A stretch of DNA of 20,000 bases from Pseudomonadota bacterium (lineage in GTDB: Bacteria > Bdellovibrionota_F > JAHFAK01 > JBDREC01). The stretch is from NCBI GenBank assembly GCA_043820105.1, contig JBDREC010000041.1, positions 50,258 to 70,257 of the forward strand, read 5' to 3'. The notes under the pieces are model-generated. The model ran no database searches. It saw nothing but the letters and a program-made list of their open reading frames with translations, and was not told where the DNA came from. Position 1 is the first letter of the stretch. The number at the start of each line of letters is the position of its first letter. Below are positions 15,202-20,000 of the stretch, piece by piece. The position numbers and the translations under genes are program-made.

Positions 15202-16935
15202 TTATTCAACCGTAAAGTGAAGAATATAATGATTATTTGGGGCATCCATATAATGGGTCATCAAGTAAACATGAGTCTCGTTATTTATTTCAACAACTTC
15301 TAGACCAGCGAACCATGTTGCAGTAGAAACAGAATTTAAGAATGCTGAATAATCTGCTACAAATAAAATATTTCCTTCTAAATCAGCAAGCATTAAGGAT
15401 CCGCCATTTGTTACGAAAATATGATCTTGGGTAACAGAAATATTGTGATATGGCCATTGACCGTCAGCTGGGTCATTTCCGCTTGAATCAGTTAAGGCAA
15501 TATTTGCTTGCCTTGTGCCATCAAGATCAAATTTCTCGATAACATAACTTCCAGTATGTACAAGCCATAGATATTCATTTCCAGAAGAGTCTGTTGCAAT
15601 GTCAAAGTCTACGAAATAGAGAGTATCACCTTCAAAACTGTCTTCAAAAGAAAAACTTGAAGAATCCTGCCTTTTAGTTATATAATCCATTGTACTTGTA
15701 TCAATTTGCAAGATACTTCCATCTCTATTATCAGCAATATAAAGAATATCATCGTAAATAAGACCATGCAAAGATGAATATCCATGATTTAGAGCTTCAT
15801 ATGTTGAACCCAAAGAAGTCCCTGAAAAGTCAGGGAAATTCACATAATTTCCTATTCCTGTATAAAAAACAAACAGGCCTACTGATGGATCATAGGCTAA
15901 ACCTGAAATAGGATTGGTATTTTCAAGAGTGCTTATATTATCATACAAAGATAAATCAATGTTTGTAACTTGATTTAATGTCATATCACTATTTAATGAA
16001 ACAACTCCGATTTCAGTATTTCCATCTGTAAATAAAATCGTATTATCAGTTGAATTATAAGCAAGCTCTCTTGGCCACATTTCAGAGCTAACACCGATAT
16101 CTATGCTTTCAACATAGGTAAAACCTTTGGTAAATATTGTTGAAGAACTTGAACCTCGTGATGCAGCTTGATCAAAAGTGATCTCAGCCAAAGAGGATGT
16201 ATAATCATTATTTGAAGCTGAAATTGTTCCAAGATCAACTTGAACAATATCAGTATCCTCACTAGCCTGAGAATCAATTTCTTCTGCTATGAGCTCAAAG
16301 ATATCTGCTGATCCATCAATTGAAACCGTTTCAAGAAGCAAGAATTGATAATTTGCAGCTGACTCAGATTTAATAACAATATACACATTTGTATTTAGCT
16401 CATAATCTGTACTAGTAATAGCTTTAAAAAATGATTCATCATCTTCTTCATATGATAATGTAAAGCTACCAGTAGTTGAAACCACAGAATAAGCCAGGGC
16501 ATCTGTAAAAGCATCAACTATTGTTGAGTCACTTGTTGAATCACTAGAACCTGAGAGCTCCAGGGCTACAAATAAGATCAAATCAGAAAAACTAGAGGTG
16601 TCACTAGCACTTGAATATTTTTCAAAAGCCTGCTGGGCTTTAAAACCTGAAAGGCCTGATGTAATTTCTGAAACATTTGTCACATCTGTCCTGGTAATGA
16701 TATCAGTTCTTGAAATTATATCAGTTCTTGAGATTATATCTGCATAAATAGTTAAAGGATCCAAGGTTCCGGTGACAGTAATTTCTGTAAAATCAGATAC
16801 TTGAACTTGAGAAGTTGCAGAGCTTTTTGAGTTATAACTAAAATCATTTTGGGCGATGCAGGAAGATAGAATTTGGATTAGGATTAAGCTTATGATTAAG
16901 ATAAGTTGCTGGATGTAAATGAATAAACGTTTCAT
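15202..16935 (-). CDS. Acidic Ser/Thr-rich lipoprotein with probable C-terminal beta-propeller
   Basis: Lipobox ILSS-C. The C-terminal half has repeated propeller-like blades (ELAYNSTDNTILFTD, GLAYDPSVGLFV, ILYIADNRDGSILQID, YLWLVHTGSYVIEKFDLDG). Confidence 0.78.
   Translation of the reverse strand: MKRLFIYIQQLILIISLILIQILSSCIAQNDFSYNSKSSATSQVQVSDFTEITVTGTLDPLTIYADIISRTDIISRTDIITRTDVTNVSEITSGLSGFKAQQAFEKYSSASDTSSFSDLILFVALELSGSSDSTSDSTIVDAFTDALAYSVVSTTGSFTLSYEEDDESFFKAITSTDYELNTNVYIVIKSESAANYQFLLLETVSIDGSADIFELIAEEIDSQASEDTDIVQVDLGTISASNNDYTSSLAEITFDQAASRGSSSSTIFTKGFTYVESIDIGVSSEMWPRELAYNSTDNTILFTDGNTEIGVVSLNSDMTLNQVTNIDLSLYDNISTLENTNPISGLAYDPSVGLFVFYTGIGNYVNFPDFSGTSLGSTYEALNHGYSSLHGLIYDDILYIADNRDGSILQIDTSTMDYITKRQDSSSFSFEDSFEGDTLYFVDFDIATDSSGNEYLWLVHTGSYVIEKFDLDGTRQANIALTDSSGNDPADGQWPYHNISVTQDHIFVTNGGSLMLADLEGNILFVADYSAFLNSVSTATWFAGLEVVEINNETHVYLMTHYMDAPNNHYILHFTVE
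16684..16740 (-). repeat. Coding 18-nt tandem repeat (DIISRT)x3
   Basis: The protein reads DIISRT DIISRT DIITRT D. Confidence 0.8.
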
Positions 16936-16964
16936 GCTTGCCCTTTTGTTTGCTTATTGCTTTT

Positions 16965-16973
16965 ATTATATCA
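16965..16973 (-). promoter_or_regulatory. Extended -10 promoter element
   Basis: Minus strand TGATATAAT (TGnTATAAT) 30 nt upstream of ATG 16935. Confidence 0.5.
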
Positions 16974-17031
16974 TAAGAGGGGAAAAATTAAAATAGTATT
17001 TTTTTGATATAGAAGCTTGTCTTACAAATCC

Positions 17032-19038
17032 TTATATACCTAATTCATATGTGTTTTCAATAAAAACAACATTCGCCAGATAATGATAAGACCCATTAGA
17101 GTATTCTTTCATCTTTTCAATTGCCCCAGAATAATCATCAACACAAGCCTCAGTATATTCACTTAAACCTCCTTCATATAAAGCATATATAAAGTTGCTA
17201 TATGCTCTATGCGAAACGGCGGAGGAACCGGCTAGAGGCTTTTCAGCTCCTGTTGTATAAGTATCTCTAAAATAAATTGAATACCCTTGTTCCGTATATT
17301 CTTCGAGAAGATTAATATCAACATCCATGCGTCCATATCCTTCTGTAGATGTCGATATTTCAAAATCATTAAGTTCTATATAATCTGTTGCTGATTTATA
17401 TGCATATACTTTAATAGTATCTTCATTCACTACTGTTGTGGTATTTTCTCTAAAAAAAACAAATCCTAGACTAATAGATGGGGTCAAAAGAAGTGAAGAA
17501 AACTCACCTTTTATTCCTGAAATTTCTCCATCAGAATCATTCTCAAGAAAATCAATAATTTCACTTTTAGTGCTTGTTGAACTTAATCCTGTTATTGAGG
17601 CATTGTCTTCAGCTCTCATAATGTCAGTTAATGACACCTCATATTCAACAGATTCAAATGAATAATAAAATTTCGCAGAACAACCTGAAGAATCCAAACA
17701 TGAAACAATATCATCAAGATTCGCTTCAATAGTACAAGTAGAAGAACTAATTTCACAACTTCCAAACACATCGCCATTATCACTTCTTTTAAAAGAAATG
17801 CTTTCCTCTTCTTCTATTGCATCGCCTGCTGAATCAACAAAAGAAAGTGATAAAGAAATAAGATCCGAAGAAGTAATAGCAATTGAATGGCTTTTATTCA
17901 CAGTTGCAGCCATATTATCGCTTCCTGTCTTTGGTGTAGCGGAAGCTGAAAATACCAAGGCTAGTGAATCAATACTTTGATAATTAAAAGTTATTCTATA
18001 TTCATTGTCATCTTCATATTGTCCTATACTGGGTTGGGAAAAAACACCAGCTTGTACAGCATATCCAAATTCTACAACTCCATTTTCATAATAAACCTTT
18101 GAAGCATTTTCATCAAAAGTAAAATCATAATCAAATAGGCTTGTATCTGTGATTTCATTACCCTCAGAATCAGTAGCGACAATATCAACATCAATTGTTA
18201 CACTGTCATCATCATATGAACTTGTAATATTCATATCAATTGAAAAAACAGTAAGCTCACCATCAACTGTGACAGTTGCCTGTTTTGCCAAATTTTCACT
18301 TAACGTAAATGATACAGATGAACATTCATTTTCAAGTACAACGGTATGGGTATAATCTGTTGCTTCATTTTCAGTTATTTCAAAAGTATGTTTAATATAA
18401 TTTCCTTCAATTGTAGGTGTAACTGAAGCAGCAGCAGAAGACCCAACTGCATAGCTCATTGTAACCGTATATTCACTTGGATCAATTATTTCTATGGTTT
18501 GAACATCTTGAATCGCAATTGACAAAGTTCTTTCATTAGCCGCTGTTTCTGCGTAATTTTTCAGAACTTCTGCTACAACTAAATCCTCACAAGCTGCTCC
18601 ATCTGTTCCAATATACATTTCAAAGCTAATTGTTGCATTCTCTGTTACTTCTACTTCCTGGCTTGATATATAAGGCCCACCAAATTCACCATTTGCATCA
18701 ATCGTTAAAGTTGCTGTCACTGTTCCTTTTGTTACAGCAATCTCAGAAGCACTGAAAAGTCCTTCTGCATATGATAAATCATAAGTACTTGTTGAATTGG
18801 AATCTGTTATTGAGACTGATACAGATGAAGCAAGACTAGAAGGATCTTGACCAGCGTCCATTGAAAACTTTGCATTTATTCCAATTGAAACCATATCTTC
18901 TTTTTCTAGAATTTCTTGATTAGATGAATCTACAGTATCCTTATTATTAGATGAAGTACATCCTACCATGAACAATATGAATTGAAATAAAACAACTATT
19001 AAGAAATTTCGTGACCTGACTATTATTTGCTTTTTCAT
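17032..19038 (-). CDS. Large acidic beta-rich lipoprotein (probable Ig-like domains)
   Basis: Start reassigned from TTG 19053 to ATG 19038 (GGAGG SD). Lipobox FMVG-C. Asp/Glu/Ser/Thr-rich with an alternating beta pattern. Confidence 0.8.
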   Translation of the reverse strand: MKKQIIVRSRNFLIVVLFQFILFMVGCTSSNNKDTVDSSNQEILEKEDMVSIGINAKFSMDAGQDPSSLASSVSVSITDSNSTSTYDLSYAEGLFSASEIAVTKGTVTATLTIDANGEFGGPYISSQEVEVTENATISFEMYIGTDGAACEDLVVAEVLKNYAETAANERTLSIAIQDVQTIEIIDPSEYTVTMSYAVGSSAAASVTPTIEGNYIKHTFEITENEATDYTHTVVLENECSSVSFTLSENLAKQATVTVDGELTVFSIDMNITSSYDDDSVTIDVDIVATDSEGNEITDTSLFDYDFTFDENASKVYYENGVVEFGYAVQAGVFSQPSIGQYEDDNEYRITFNYQSIDSLALVFSASATPKTGSDNMAATVNKSHSIAITSSDLISLSLSFVDSAGDAIEEEESISFKRSDNGDVFGSCEISSSTCTIEANLDDIVSCLDSSGCSAKFYYSFESVEYEVSLTDIMRAEDNASITGLSSTSTKSEIIDFLENDSDGEISGIKGEFSSLLLTPSISLGFVFFRENTTTVVNEDTIKVYAYKSATDYIELNDFEISTSTEGYGRMDVDINLLEEYTEQGYSIYFRDTYTTGAEKPLAGSSAVSHRAYSNFIYALYEGGLSEYTEACVDDYSGAIEKMKEYSNGSYHYLANVVFIENTYELGI

Positions 19039-19119
19039 TACACTATCCTCCAAAAAACATTAATAAAAATATATTTCCTGGATTTTTAGCGTTTTATAGG
19101 CAAAGTTAATAAAACATTT

Positions 19120-19136
19120 TGCAAATTAAGTGCCAA
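19120..19136 (-). promoter_or_regulatory. Sigma-54 (-24/-12) promoter
   Basis: Minus strand TTGGCACTTAATTTGCA is essentially the consensus TGGCAC-N5-TTGCA, about 80 nt upstream of ATG 19038. Confidence 0.8.
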
Positions 19137-19241
19137 AAAAGAAAGAACAGTTTTTTCTTTTAATTAAAAGAGCTTACAAAACAAGATTTTTAGCTTTTAT
19201 GTTTAAGATGGAATGAATTGACAGAATTTGTAAAGCATAAC

Positions 19242-19697
19242 TTAATCAAACTGGCTCATCACTTCTTGGAAGCTATCGCATATTCCCTTGTCTGAAGCCT
19301 TACCTTTTTTGCAAGCTTGTTCAAACAAGTCCTCATTTTCTGCATTATGCACAGGTCCTTTAAAGCAATCAGCATCATCTACCATTCCAGGAGGATGATG
19401 ACATATTCCAAGCAAGCGTAGCTGCATTTCTGAAAAAAGATCACCTGTCAGCCAAATATCATCGAAAGCAGAACTTCTACAGCTTCTTTTTTCAAAATCA
19501 CCAGGATTATTAAGCTTTGCAAGGCATTTTTGATATACATCATCTCTGCATGCAATAACTTTTTTGTTAATATCACCCCTTACTTCTTCTGTTATACTGT
19601 CAGAATTTAAAAGCTTCACTATTTCAGCTTTTTGACAAAGAGCAAAAACAGAAATTGCAATTAAAGTGAAAAAAAACATAAACTTCAATGATTTCAT
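19242..19697 (-). CDS. Small secreted Cys-rich hypothetical protein (151 aa, 8 Cys)
   Basis: Start reassigned from 19772 to ATG 19697 (AAGGAG SD). Signal peptide MKSLKFMFFFTLIAISVFA. Confidence 0.78.
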   Translation of the reverse strand: MKSLKFMFFFTLIAISVFALCQKAEIVKLLNSDSITEEVRGDINKKVIACRDDVYQKCLAKLNNPGDFEKRSCRSSAFDDIWLTGDLFSEMQLRLLGICHHPPGMVDDADCFKGPVHNAENEDLFEQACKKGKASDKGICDSFQEVMSQFD

Positions 19698-19713
19698 GGC
19701 ATTCTCCTTGCAA

Positions 19714-19805
19714 TAAGTGCTAAGTGGTAAGTGGTAAGTGATAAGGATAAAAATCCTACCAGCAACTAGCAACCAACAACTAGCAACTAATCACAACTTA
19801 CGACT
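19714..19805. repeat. Composite heptamer array in a 5' UTR
   Basis: TAAGTGC TAAGTGG TAAGTGG TAAGTGA (19714-19741), mini-hairpin AGGAT-AAAA-ATCCT (19744-19757), TACCAGC AACTAGC AACCAAC AACTAGC AACTAAT (19757-19791), CACAACT TACGACT (19792-19805). Confidence 0.9.
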
Positions 19806-19811
19806 TATTAC

Positions 19812-19840
19812 ATTATATCAAAGTTTAATTTTATTCACAA
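19812..19840 (-). promoter_or_regulatory. Sigma-70 promoter
   Basis: Minus strand TTGTGA-17 nt-TATAAT with an extended TG motif. Confidence 0.65.
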
Positions 19841-19843
19841 GAG

Positions 19844-19868
19844 GGATTGCAAAAATTCTCTGCAATTC
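19844..19868 (-). terminator. Possible terminator hairpin after the upstream partial gene
   Basis: Minus strand GAATTGCAGAG-AAT-TTTTGCAATCC stem with G-U pairs, just after the TAG at 19874. The U tract is weak. Confidence 0.35.
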
Positions 19869-19873
19869 AGACA

Positions 19874-19999
19874 CTATATTTTTAATAATTTAGGCCGGCA
19901 TCCAATTGATGGTATTATAAACATGATCAATGGAGTATCTTTGCTGCAAGTAATTTTTAGTACATTATTTTCTTGTTGAATTAAAGGTGGTGGGTATAC
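19874..19999 (-). CDS. Possible 3' end of a gene entering from the right edge
   Basis: Open frame VYPPPLIQQENNVLKITCSKDTPLIMFIIPSIGCRPKLLKI*; the other two minus frames stop within about 12 codons of the edge. Confidence 0.35.
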   Translation of the reverse strand, partial: VYPPPLIQQENNVLKITCSKDTPLIMFIIPSIGCRPKLLKI

Positions 20000-20000
20000 C

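Noticed and set aside
2272..18355. Short antisense or overlapping ORFs in the track (2272, 3783, 4581, 6579, 9166, 10926, 11933, 12688, 13764, 14287, 14463, 14527, 17438, 17798, 18149)
   Set aside because: They overlap well-supported genes on the other strand or frame and show no recognisable motifs; treated as shadow ORFs.
19698..19772. 25-aa N-terminal extension of the 19242 ORF
   Set aside because: It translates the heptamer array. The AAGGAG SD and signal peptide start at 19697.

Overview
AT-rich bacterial chromosomal window. The Zn-ribbon hypothetical, sigma-54 boxes and Cys-rich secreted proteins suggest a delta-proteobacterial/Bdellovibrionota-like host (inference only). The left half is a minus-strand de novo purine operon: purH, a PurC-class II PurE fusion, DUF523/TudS, purB, purD, purN (split by a +1 frameshift in an A10 run), a Zn-ribbon/Tudor hypothetical and purF. 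purK, purL/Q/S and purM are not in the window. The right half is accessory: a secreted PPP-type metallophosphoesterase, an EamA transporter, a sigma-54-driven Cys-pair repeat protein, a 97-aa CxxG/CxxxG-repeat peptide resembling a radical-SAM RiPP precursor with no maturase in view, three large acidic lipoproteins and a small Cys-rich secreted protein. The most striking non-coding signal is a family of 7-nt tandem arrays. They fill every sizeable spacer of the pur operon plus one distant 5' UTR, use different but partly shared units, and each ends about 15-26 nt upstream of a start codon.
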